Positions 13,601 to 24,497 of a stretch of 64,000 bases of DNA are shown here, one piece after another. Under the pieces are notes generated by a model. That model worked only from the letters and a program-made list of their open reading frames with translations, did not search any database and had not been told where the DNA came from. The translations under genes were made by a program, and so were the position numbers. This DNA comes from Squalus acanthias. Taxonomy: Eukaryota. Position 1 is the first letter of the stretch, and the number at the start of each line of letters is the position of its first letter. Location of the stretch: assembly GCA_030390025.1 (NCBI GenBank), contig CM059432.1, positions 32,738,001-32,802,000 on the forward strand, given 5' to 3'.

Positions 13601-13817
13601 TGGTAATTCATTGCTTGCAACTTGCATTTATACAGTTAGATATAAATACAAATTCTTTCTTTACCATTATAACCAACAACATTTGACAATTACATGATGT
13701 CTAAATAGAGTGTGTTAGGGGGCTACTGTGCAGGCCCACATTATAAAACGTCATGTTGTCATTAGGATTCCAGTATTTGAAAACCAAATGGAGGTCTGTG
13801 AAATGTTCTTACTCTAT

Positions 13818-15560
13818 ACAACAACAACAACTTGTATTTATATAGCGCCTTTAACATAGTAAAACGTCCCAAGGGGTTTAACAGGAGTATTTAAGACAAA
13901 AAATTTGACACCGAGCCACATAAGGAGAAATTAGGGCAGGTGACCAAAAGCTTGGTCAAACAGGTAGGTTTTAAGGAGCGTCTTAAAGGGGGAAAGAGAG
14001 GTAGAGAGGCGGTGAGGTTTAGGCAGGGAATTCCAGAGCTTAGGGCCTAAGCAACAGAAGGCATGGGCACCAATGGATGAGCGATTATAATCAGGGATGC
14101 TCAAGAGGGCAGAATTAGAGGACGCAGATATCTCGGGGGGAGGCGATTGTGGAGCTGGAGGAGATTACAGAGATAGGGAGGGGCGAGGCCATGGAGGGAT
14201 CTGAAAACAAGGATGAGAATTTTGAAATCAAGGCGTTGCTTAACCGGGAGCCAATGTAGGTCAGCGAGCACAGGGGTGATGGGCGAACGGGACTTGGTGC
14301 GAGTTAGGACACGGGCAGCCGAGTTTTGGATGACCTCAAGTTTACGTAGGGTAGAATGTGGGACGCCCGCCAGGAGCGAGTTAGAATAGTCAAGTCTAGA
14401 GGTAACAAAGGCATGGATGAGGGTTTCAGCAGCGGATGAGTTGAGGCAAGGGCGGAGACGGGCGATGTGACGGAGGTGGAAATAGGCGGTCTTAGTTATG
14501 CCGCGGATATGTGGTCGGAAGCTCATTTCAGAGTCAAATATGACACCAAGGTTGCGAACAGTGTGATTCAGCTTCAGACAGATGTTAAGGAGAGGGATGG
14601 AGTCAGTGGCTAGGGAACAGAGTTTGTGGCGGGGACCAAAAACAATGGCTTTAGTCTTGCCAATATTTAATTGTAGAAAATTTCTGCTCATCCAGAACTG
14701 GAGGTCGGACAAGCAGTCTGACAATTTAGAGACCACGGAGGAGTCGAGAGAAGTGGTGGTGAGATAGAACTTGGTGTCGTCAGCGTACATGTGGAAACTG
14801 ACGCTGTGTTTTCAGATGATGTTGCCAATCGGCAGCATGTAGATGAGTAATATAAGAGGGGGCCAAGGATAGAGCCTTGGGGGACACCAGTGGTAACGAT
14901 GCGGGAAGAGAAAGAAAGAAAGACTTTCACGACCATCGGACGTCTCAAAGTGCTTTACAGCCAATGAAGTACTTTTGGAGTGCAGTCACTGTTGTAATGT
15001 GGGAAACGCAGCAGCCAATTTGCACACAAGGTCCCACATACAGCAATGTGATAATGACCAGTTAATCTGTTTTAGTGATGTTGATTGAGGGATAAATATT
15101 GGCCAGGACACCGGGGATAACTCCCCTGCTCTTCTTCGAAATAGTGCCATGGGATCTTTTACATCCACCTGAGAGGGTAGACGGGGCCTCAGTTTAACGT
15201 GTCATCCGAAAGACGGCACCTCTGACAGAGCAGCACTCCCTCAGCACTGCACTGAAGTGTCAGCCTAGATTTATGTGCTCAAGTCCCTGGAGTGGGACTT
15301 GAACCCATAACCTTCTGACTCAGAGGCGAGTGTGCTACCAACTGAGCCACAGCTGACACTATAAGCCATTGCAGGTGATTCTCTGGCTACAATTAGATAG
15401 ATAAGAATAGAATGAGGCGAGTGCAGTCCCACTCAGCTGGGTGATGGTGGATAGGCGTTGGAGAAGGATGGAATGGTCAACCGTGTCAAAGGCGGCAGAC
15501 AAGTCAAGCAGGATGAGGGGGGATAGGTACTGTAGCAGGGGCGGAAACCTGATTGGAGGG
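13818..15560 (-). mobile_element. L2-clade LINE, 5'-truncated, interrupted by a SINE
   Basis: 229-aa ORF 14101-14790 (YADDT..TSRLDYSNSLL); (CAA)n tail; resumes after 15360 ([13 protein letters not shown]). Confidence 0.93.
14911..15359 (-). mobile_element. Full-length tRNA-derived Deu-domain SINE nested in L2
   Basis: A box TGGCTCAGTTGG, B box GGTTCAAGTCC, Deu core GCCGTCTTTCGGATG..AAGATCCCATGGCACT..GGTGTCCTGGCCAA, (CTTT)n tail. Confidence 0.9.
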
Positions 15561-15880
15561 ATTCAAACATGGAGGGATTGGAAGGATTCAAACATATCCA
15601 AGTGAACTAGAAAACTTCCAGCATTAGAATTATATACTTTGTCTTTCCAAACTTGATGTGTGTACCAAGAAGGTATTTTGAGACTGTATAATGAATTAAG
15701 ACCAATGCACAACATTGAAACATATTGGCTTAAGGATAATTTTCCTGTAGCATGTTGCTACCAATATGCTATAAGCCTAATGACAGCACTGACATAAATC
15801 AATACTGTGAGTGCATGAAAATTGGCAAGCCCATTAGTTGCATAAACACGATACCCCAAGTTACATTTACGCACACTGAT

Positions 15881-16710
15881 ATTTTTTTTAATTCATTCAC
15901 GGGATGTGGGCGTCGCTGGCAAGGCCAACATTTATTGCCCATCCCTAATTGCCCTTGAGAAGGTGGTGGTATGCCGCCTTCTTGAACCGCTGCAGTCCGT
16001 GTGGTGAAGGTAACCCCACAGTGGTTAGGTAGGGAGTTCCAGGCTCTTGACCCAGTGACGACGAAAGATCTGCAATATATTTCCAAGTCAGGATGGTGTG
16101 TGACTTGGAGGGGAATTTGAAGGTGGTGATGTTTCCATGCGCCTACTGCCCTTGTCCTTCTAGGTGGTAGAGGTCACAGGTTTGGGAGGTGCTGCAGTGC
16201 ATCTTGTAGATGGTACACACTGCAGACACGTCACCGGTGGTGGAGGGAGTGAATGTTTAAGGTGGTGGATGGGGTGCCAATCAAGCGGGCTGCTTTGTCC
16301 TGAATGGTGTTGAGCTTCTTGAGTGTTGCTGGAGCTGCACTCATCCAGGCAAGTGGAGAGTATTCAATCACACTCCTGTCTTGTGCTTTGTAGATGGTGG
16401 AAAAGCTTTGGGGAGTCAGGAAGTGAGTCACTCTCTGCAGAATACCCAGCCTCTGAGCTGCTCTTGTAGCCACAGTATTTATGTGGTTGGTCCAGTTTAG
16501 TTTCTGGTCAATGATGACCCACAGAATGCTGATGTTGGGGGATTCAATGATGGTAATGCCATTGAATGTCAAGGGGAGGTGGTTAGACTTTCTCTTGTTG
16601 AAGATGGTCATTGCTTGGCACTTATGTGGCGCGAATGTTACCTGCCACTTATCAGCCCAAGCCTGAATGTACTCCATGCGGGCACAGTCTGCTTCAATAT
16701 CTGAGGATAT
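15881..16710 (-). mobile_element. Family B LINE 3' fragment
   Basis: ORF 16231-16677 homologous to 11780-12210; same 3' end. Confidence 0.9.
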
Positions 16711-17094
16711 CTATATTTTAATATAAATTAACAGAGAAATACCAGCATTTTCATTTTATTTTCAAATTTATTCAAATATTTTAACAAATTGTTATATATA
16801 TTTTGGACTTCTATTGCACTAATCAAGGAACTTCTGTACTGAAAAATGGTACACTTCTCCAATTGTACACCGAGCATCAGCAATCAACAGCCTCACATCA
16901 GGTGTTGCATGGCCTGACAGTCAAGTCGATTCTGCCAACAATGGTTCAACCTCTTACAATACCAGTAGTAGAGTTTCATTTCCCTCACCAGTCATTCTTA
17001 TTGCCTCTGAGTGAGGTTACCAATTTAGGATCATAGTGTGCTGAATTGTGGGCAGTTCTATGCTATGGGCTGATGGCTACTAAGAGCTAAGTAT

Positions 17095-17550
17095 AAGACT
17101 TGGCTCAAAGGTAGTACTTTTGCCTGAGTCAGAAGATTATGGGTTCAAGCCCTACTCCCAAGACTTTAGCACATAATCTCGGCTAGCAACTCAATGCCAT
17201 ACTGAGGGAGTGCTGCACGGTTAGATGTGGGTGCCGTCTTTCGGTTAAGACGATAAACCAAAGTCCCGTCTACCTTCTCAGGTAAAAGATGCACAGAGAA
17301 GAGATGGGGCGTTCTCCTGGTGTCATAGCCAATAGCTATCCCTCAACCAACATCTCTAAAACAAATAATCTGCTTATAATTTCATTGCTGTTTGTGGGAC
17401 CTTGTTCTATGCAAAGTGGCTACCATGTTTCGCCACATTACAGAAGTGACTATTCTTCAAAACTTTATCGTGGTAAAACAATTTGGGTTTCCTAAGGTCA
17501 TGAAAGACTCTAAATAAATGCAAGTTCTTTCTTTTTCCTTTCTTTCTTTG
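17095..17550 (+). mobile_element. Deu-SINE, diverged full-length
   Basis: TGGCTCAAAGGTAG..GGGTTCAAGCCC head, GCCGTCTTTCGG core, (CTTT)n tail. Confidence 0.85.
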
Positions 17551-18114
17551 GTTGAGACTGCCTAGACTTATTTAGCATACAACCATTACAGCCAGCAGAA
17601 ATGGTTTACATCCCATCAGAAAGTAAAGGAACCCACTGTGCCACACACCGTTTTGCCCTTCTGTCCCACCCCTCTGAAAATAATACAAATTTTAGTTGAA
17701 TACTTGCTTCTGCAGAGTAGGAGCACACTGAATGCTCCAGTTTCCATTGAAACCCAAGGCTTGTTAAACATGCACACATACACTAAATGATGCAGCACAC
17801 ACGTACTTGCTCCTGTACAGTGGTGCCCTAAGTTTCAGACAAATCCAGAGCACACGACGGCATACATCCACTGTGACCTGGCCAGCAGGAGTAAGGTGAT
17901 GTTGCTTAATACAATTCACTCTGGCTGGATTATAACAGCAATATTAAAGAGAAAACTGTTTAACCAGCCAGGTACTTTCTCTGGATATAGTTCAGAATTT
18001 TCTGAACCTGAGTTTGCTTTCCTCAAATAAACAGGGTTGGTACCACCAGACTTGGAAAAATCCCCAGACAAACGGGAAACTAAGCCAACTGAGTAAACAA
18101 AGCAATTGGAAGTG

Positions 18115-18315
18115 AAAGGTGGTAGCGGACCAGTGCTTTGTATAAAATAATTATCACGGATTGAGACTTCTGCTCGATCACTCGAGCTACACATCCCAAG
18201 ATCCTGTTTTCCTTATTCACCACTGCTCACATTGTGCTGACATTTTAAGGGTTTCTTCCATTGTAACCTCAGATCCAACACCTGTGTAGTTTCCTGCAGA
18301 TTATTCTTGTGACCT
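18115..18315 (-). mobile_element. Ancient CR1 RT C-terminal fragment
   Basis: Reads LKMSAQC..VVNKENRILGCVARVIEQKSQSVIIILYKALVRYHL with a frameshift. Confidence 0.75.
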
Positions 18316-21300
18316 CCAAGATAAAATATTATTTTAACTATAATAATTGAATGATGCTTGAATTTCTAATTCCATACTTTAATAAGAAACTACAACAGAT
18401 AAAATCCTATCCTTTACAAGGTTGTTCCTCCCACTTTATTGTTTCTTTCTTCATTTTCTGTTGCAGTTGACCCTCCAGGGGAGGGGGGGGTTGTCAGAGC
18501 TCTTTCCAATCTCACTGAATAGCTCCTTGTCTTTACTGAAGGTGTCCTTTATTCTTTCGATATTTATTTCTTTTGGTTAAAGTATATGATTTTGAAGAAT
18601 GAAGTTAAATTACTTGAGTTTTTAAATATCACACCACTGCTGCTGCCCAAGGTGAGAAATTTATAAATCGGGTTTTCTCTGCAAACAGCAGGATAAAAAT
18701 CTAGTGGTTTTTAAATTGTGCAAAATCAACTTTAATATGACTATGGGTGTAGTTTCTCATTAAAATGCATTAGAATTAATAACATCAATCCATTACAGTT
18801 ACAACAATATTTCCTTTGGGAACAGTCCACAGAAAACAACATCTGTTTTTATTCTTGCTTTACTTTTCGTATGCTCATATTTGCAATTGCAAGTCAGGGA
18901 CTTTTCTTCTTTCAAGTCGCCTCAAAATTCAAATCTTTAACTGTGCTTTTGGTTCCCCTTCACATAATCACTCCCTTGCCATCATCCTCTACTCTCTCTA
19001 AAGGGCTTTGAGATGTCCACGAGGACCACTATCAAATGCAAATCATTGTCGTGGAATGTAGTTGTTTTTTTCCTTCCCCATTAAACAACCAATTTAAAAG
19101 ATGGTTATATAGGGATGTGTAGTCCCAACATGTGCCAAAGTGGGAGAAGATATGGATTTATACAAGATTTTCCACACAATGGGTTTCCTGTCTCAGCCAT
19201 GTTAACAAGGTGGGAGAGGAGCAGAGAACACACTTTCCTTCTCCCCCCAACCAAACACCAACCCACAGGGAGGAAGTCACCTACTGGTCTGATGCCAAGT
19301 GACACTGACAAAGGAGGTCATGTCATCTGGACACCCACTCGCCGTGATGGGTATAATGAGGAGATGGGAAGACAGGGACAGAATTAAACCACTTTTCAAA
19401 AGTATAAGTGCAGGTAATCACATTTCTTTGTGTGAAAGGTCAGACCAGAAGGAAAATTGTAAATCAATGCTAGCATTCAAAGCTATTCTGAATCATGCAT
19501 TTTTTTTTAAAGAAACAGTCCCACTGCTTTCCACAATTAAATTGTGAAACAGAGTAACACAACACTTTTCTCAGTGTATTTTATTGAGTCATTTCAACAT
19601 TGAAAAACATCTCATTCTGCCGAATAAATAAACAAACTTGTAACTGTTCCAATAGTTTCCTTATTTGAAGATGCGGTGGGAAACTGAAGTCTATTTGTTT
19701 TTACAAAAGGTCGTCACTATTGTAATCTATTGCACTGCTCTTTAATTTTTAATCTGATTTTCTCTTCCTCCACTGAAAGCAATGAATCAACTTCATAAGT
19801 CACATAGCCTTCCAATATCTCACCCAACTGGCACACTGGTTGGTTAAGGCTATCTCACTTAGCACAGACCAAGAATTAAATCTGGGAAAAATGTCATCTG
19901 TATCCCTGAGTTTGCACCACGTTATTAATTTACCCACTAAGCAATCAGGAGAGTTGGCCACAGACTTGATATCCCTTAACAAAAAATTATATAAGCACCT
20001 TTAATGTAATGAAATGTCCCATGTCGTTTCACAGGGAAAACTGGACATCAAGCAGGAGCTGGGAGAAGAGTTAGGGGACATGACTGAAGGCGTGTTAAAA
20101 AGGTACGGTTTGAGGTAGGCTTCTCCTCTGGTTTGGCACAAACATTTTTCTGTAGCCACTCCATCTTTTTCCTTCATGACTTTAACAACTTGAAGAATAT
20201 CGTCTTTTACCATTAACAGCAGAACTAGTTTCTTAGCTTTCATTCATAGCTCATTTACTTAAGGCCTGCTACATAAGAAATAGGAGCAGGAGTCGGTCAT
20301 TTGGCCCTTCGAGCCTGCTCCGCCATTCAATAAGATCATAGCTGATCTTCTACCTCATTTCCACTTTCCTGCACTATCCCCATATCCCTTGATTCCCTTA
20401 ATATTCAAAAATCTATTGATCTCAGTCTTGAATATACTCAATGACTGAGCCTCCACAGCCCTCTGGGGTAGAGAATTCCAAAGATTCACCACACTCAGTG
20501 AAGAAATTTCTCCTCTTCTCAGTCCTAAATGGCCGAACCCTTATTCTGAGACTGTGACCCCTGGTTCTAGACTCCCCAGCCAGGGGAAACATCCTCCCTG
20601 CATCTACCCTGTCAAGCCCCTTAAGAATTTTGTATGTTTCAATGAGATCACCTCTCATTCTTCTAAACTCTAGAGGATATAGGCCTAGTCCACTCAATCT
20701 GTCCTCATAGGACAATCCCCCCATCCCAGGAACCAGTCTGGTGAACCTTCGTTGCACTCCCTCTATGGCAAGTATATCCTTCCTTAGGTAAGGAGACCAA
20801 AACTGTACACAATACTCCAGGTGTGGTCTCACCAGGGCCCTATATAATTGCAGGTAGACGTCTTTACTCTTATACTCAAATCCTCTTGTAATAAAGGCCA
20901 ACATACCATTTACTTTCCTAATTGCTTGCTGTACCTGCATGTTAACTTTCAGTGATTCATGTACAAGGATACCCAGGTCCCTCTGAACACCAACATTTCC
21001 CATCTCTCACCATTTAAAAAATACTCTGCTTTTCTATTTTTTCTACCAAAGTGGATAACTTCACATTTCTCCACATTATATTGCATTTGCCATGTTCTTG
21101 CCCACTCACTTAGCCTGTCTATATCCCCTTGAAGCCTCTTTGCATCCTCCTCACAACTTACATTCCCACCTAGCTTTGTATCATCAAACTTGGATATTTT
21201 ACATTTGGTCCCCTCATCCAAATCATTGATCTAGACTGTGAATAGCTGAGGCCCAAGCACTGATCCTTGCGGTACTGCACTAGTTACAGCCTGCCAACCC

Positions 21301-21976
21301 AAAAATGACCCGTTTATTCCTACTCCCTGTTTTCTGTCCGTTAACCAATCCTCAATCCATGCTATATATTACCCCCAATCCCATGAGCCCTAATTTTGTT
21401 AAATAACCTCTTGTGTGGCACCTTATCGAATGCCTTCTGAAAATCCAAATACACCACATCCACTGATGCCCCCCTTATTTATTCTGCTAGTTACAACCTC
21501 AAAAAACTCTAACAGATTCGTCAAACACAATTTCCCTTTCATAAATCCGTGCTGACTCTGCCCAATCCTATTATTATTTTCTAAGTGCCCTGTTACCACG
21601 TCCTTAATAATAGATTCTAGCATTTTCCCTACTACTGATGTCAGGCTAACTGGTCTGTCGTTCCCCGTTTTCTCTCTCCCTCCTTTCTTAAATAGTGGGG
21701 TTACATTTGCTACCTTCCAATCCGCAGGAACCGTTCTAGAATCTATGGAATATTGGAAAATGACAACCAATGCATCCACTACCTCTATAGCTACCTCTTT
21801 CAAATCCCTAGGATGCAGGTCATCAGGTCCAGGGGATTTATCGACTTTCAGTCCCATTAATTTGTCCAGTACTAATTTTTTTTACTAATACTTATTTCTT
21901 TCAGTTCCTCATTCTCATTAGACCCTTGGTTCCCCACTATTTCCGGGAAGTTTTGTGTGTCTTAGACAGACACAAA

Positions 21977-22624
21977 GGGCTGGATTTTCATTGACCCGTG
22001 GAGGTGGGTTTGGAGGCGTGTGGGGGGTTAAAATTGCGAAAACTGGCGGGCAGGCTCAAGCCCGCCTCCATGCAATTAACATTAAATCGTGTCTGCTGGT
22101 CCCGACTCCAGGCGGGATAGGCTGCTAAGGCCCTTAACAAACACTCAATTGCCTCTATAATGCCATTTTAAAAGGCCTTTGTGATTTTAACCCTTTTTCT
22201 ACGTGAAGCACGCCTGTTCTGAACCACGAATGTGAAACCAGGCGGGAGCACATTTGGATAGCTGACGAGCAGGCAGGCTGGCTGGATGGATGGATGACAT
22301 ATCTGGGAGTGGTGGTGGATGGGAGACATATCTGGGAGTGGTGGTGCAAAAATATCTGGGAGCAGACTTAGGGCTGCTGCTGCTCATTTTGCATCCAGGT
22401 CCTCTCACAGCAAAGGCCAGGCAGTCTTTGCAGACCTTCAATGCAGCAGCAATGATGACATCATCAGAGGCGACTTTCAGACTGAAAACACTAATTGGGT
22501 CATGGGTTCCCACATGCTGGAACTCAATTGCCCAATTAGGTGAAAATCGCATCAATCTCCCACATCCAATTGCAGTCGCGTGGATAACACGACCCCAACC
22601 CGCCCCAGTATCAAAATCCAGCCC
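21977..22624. mobile_element. Non-autonomous TIR DNA transposon (PIF/Harbinger-like MITE)
   Basis: Perfect 12-bp TIR GGGCTGGATTTT/AAAATCCAGCCC; 3-bp AAA duplication; interrupts CR1 ACAAA|GTATTTG. Confidence 0.85.
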
Positions 22625-23012
22625 AAAGTATTTGTTTAATTTCTCTGCCATTTCCTTATTCCCAATTATAATTTCTCCTGTCTCATCCTGTAAGGGACCC
22701 ACATTTACTTTTGCTAATCTTGTCCTTTTTACATACCTATAGAAGCTTTCACAGTCTGTTTTTATGTCTTTCACGAGTTTACTCTCATATTCTATTTTCC
22801 CTTTATCAATTTCTTGGCCCTCCTTTGCTGAATTCTAAAATCCTCCCAATCCTGAGGCTTACTACTGTTTTTGGCAACATTATAAGCTTCTTCCTTTGAT
22901 CTAATACTATCTTTAAGTTCTCTTGTTAGCCACTTGTTGGACCACTTTTCCTGTGGGGTTTTTATGCCTTAAAGGAATGTATATTTGTTGTAAAATATGT
23001 GGCAGCGGCAGC

Positions 23013-23251
23013 CCTGCAAGGGAGCAGCGGCTGTGGGTGAAAATAAAGGTCGGTGATTTTCAGGCCCAGTCGAGCAGCGGCAGCGGCGAACCTGCGAGGG
23101 AGCAGCGGCTGTGGGTGAAAATAAAGGTCGGTGATTTTCAACCCCAGTCGAGCAGCGGCAGCAGCAGGAGCGGCGGACCTGCGAGGGAGCAGCGGCTGTG
23201 GGTGAAAATAAAGGTCGGTGATTTTCAGGCCCAGTCGAGCAGCGGCAGCGG
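23013..23251 (+). repeat. Three CpG-rich tandem units (spacing 78 and 87 bp) in the CR1 5' UTR
   Basis: CCTGC(G/A)AGGGAGCAGCGGCTGTGGGTGAAAATAAAGGTCGGTGATTTTCA..CCCAGTCGAGCAGCGGCAGC starting at 23013, 23091 and 23178. Confidence 0.95.
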
Positions 23252-23545
23252 AGGCAGAATTCGAGAGTGACATCACAGTACAGAAAGTGACGCCGGCGCA
23301 GGGCAAGCAGCTGATTGGGTGAGTACGGCCAGGTGAGTATTTATACTACTCTATAGTTTGACAGTTAAGGTTAATAGTTTATAAGGTTTAGAAGGTCTTA
23401 ATTTTGTGGTTTATAGTTGTTAAGGTCTCTGTTCTGTAGTGGGGAGTGCGAGTAAACAAGGGCCCTTGAGTATATCATTTAATTGTAGTGTAATTAGTGG
23501 TATTGATTTGATTTAATTTAATTTAGATTAATTAAAGGGTAAGTC

Positions 23546-24496
23546 ATGGCAGCACAGCTCGGCCCCGTGGCAAGCTCCTCCTGCACTATGTGGGAAATCA
23601 GGGACACTTCCTGTGTTCCTGACGACCATGTGTGCGGGAAGTGTATCCAGCTGCAGCTACTGGCAGACCGCATTGTGGCGCTGGAGCTGCGAATGGTTAT
23701 ATACTGGAGCACTCGCGATGCTGAGGACATCGTGGATAGCACGTTTAGGGAGTTGGTCACACCGCAGGTAAAGGCTGCACAGGCAGGAAAGGAATGGGTG
23801 ACCGCCAGGCAGAGCAGTAGGCGCAGGCAGGGAGTGCAGGGGTCCCCTGTGGCCATCCCCCTCTCAAACAGATATACCGCTTTGGATATTGTTGGGGGAG
23901 ATGGCTTATCGGGGGAAGGCAGCAGCAGCCAACTTCCTGGCACCATGGGTGGTTCCGCTACACAGAACGGGAGGAAAAAGAGCGGGAGAGCTATAGTGAT
24001 AGGGGATTCTATTGTAAGGGGAATAGATAGGCGTTTCCGCGGCCGCAAACAAGACTCCAGGATGGTATGTTGCCTCCCTGGTGCAAGGGTCAAGGATGTC
24101 TCGGAGCGGCTGCAGGGCATTCTGGAGGGGGAGGGTGAACAGCCAGTTGTCATGGTGCATATAGGTACCAACGATATAGGTAAAAAATGGGATGAGGTCC
24201 TAAAAGCTGAATATAGGGAGTTAGGAGGAAAATTAAAAAATAGGACCTCAAAGGTTGTAATCTCAGGATTGCTACCAGTGCCACGTGCTAGTCAGAGTAG
24301 AAATAGAAGGATATTTCAGATGAATACGTGGCTAGAGGAATGGTGCAAGGGGGAGGGATTCAAATTCCTGGGACATTGGAACCGGTTCTGGGGGAGGTGG
24401 GACCAGTACAAACTGGACGGTCTGCACCTGGGCAGGACCGGGACCGATGTCCTAGGGGGAGTGTTTGCTAGTGCTGTTGGGGAGGGTTTAACCTAA
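23546..24496 (+). CDS. CR1 ORF1 protein (Cys-rich N-terminus, short coiled coil, SGNH/GDSL esterase), uninterrupted 316 aa
   Basis: HVCGKC..LQLLADRIVALE, VIGDSIVR, CLPGARV, HIGTNDIG, DGLHL motifs. Confidence 0.85.
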   Translation: MAAQLGPVASSSCTMWEIRDTSCVPDDHVCGKCIQLQLLADRIVALELRMVIYWSTRDAEDIVDSTFRELVTPQVKAAQAGKEWVTARQSSRRRQGVQGSPVAIPLSNRYTALDIVGGDGLSGEGSSSQLPGTMGGSATQNGRKKSGRAIVIGDSIVRGIDRRFRGRKQDSRMVCCLPGARVKDVSERLQGILEGEGEQPVVMVHIGTNDIGKKWDEVLKAEYRELGGKLKNRTSKVVISGLLPVPRASQSRNRRIFQMNTWLEEWCKGEGFKFLGHWNRFWGRWDQYKLDGLHLGRTGTDVLGGVFASAVGEGLT

Positions 24497-24497
24497 A

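Noticed and set aside
15290..15359. tRNA gene
   Set aside because: The A/B boxes run straight into a SINE body repeated several times in the window; it is a SINE head
17916..18194. 92-aa minus-strand ORF as a host exon
   Set aside because: Its first part is an off-frame reading of an ancient CR1 fragment; the rest has no recognisable homology
22199..22774. 191-aa and 150-aa ORFs as a MITE-encoded transposase
   Set aside because: Chimeric read-through from CR1 ORF2 into non-coding MITE sequence; no DDE motifs
23013..23251. CRISPR-like array
   Set aside because: Units are contiguous with no unique spacers, there are no cas genes, and the context is a eukaryotic LINE
22923..23306. Repetitive ORFs (GSPAREQRLWVKIKVGDFQ x3 and its antisense)
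   Set aside because: Translation artefacts of the CR1 5' UTR tandem repeat
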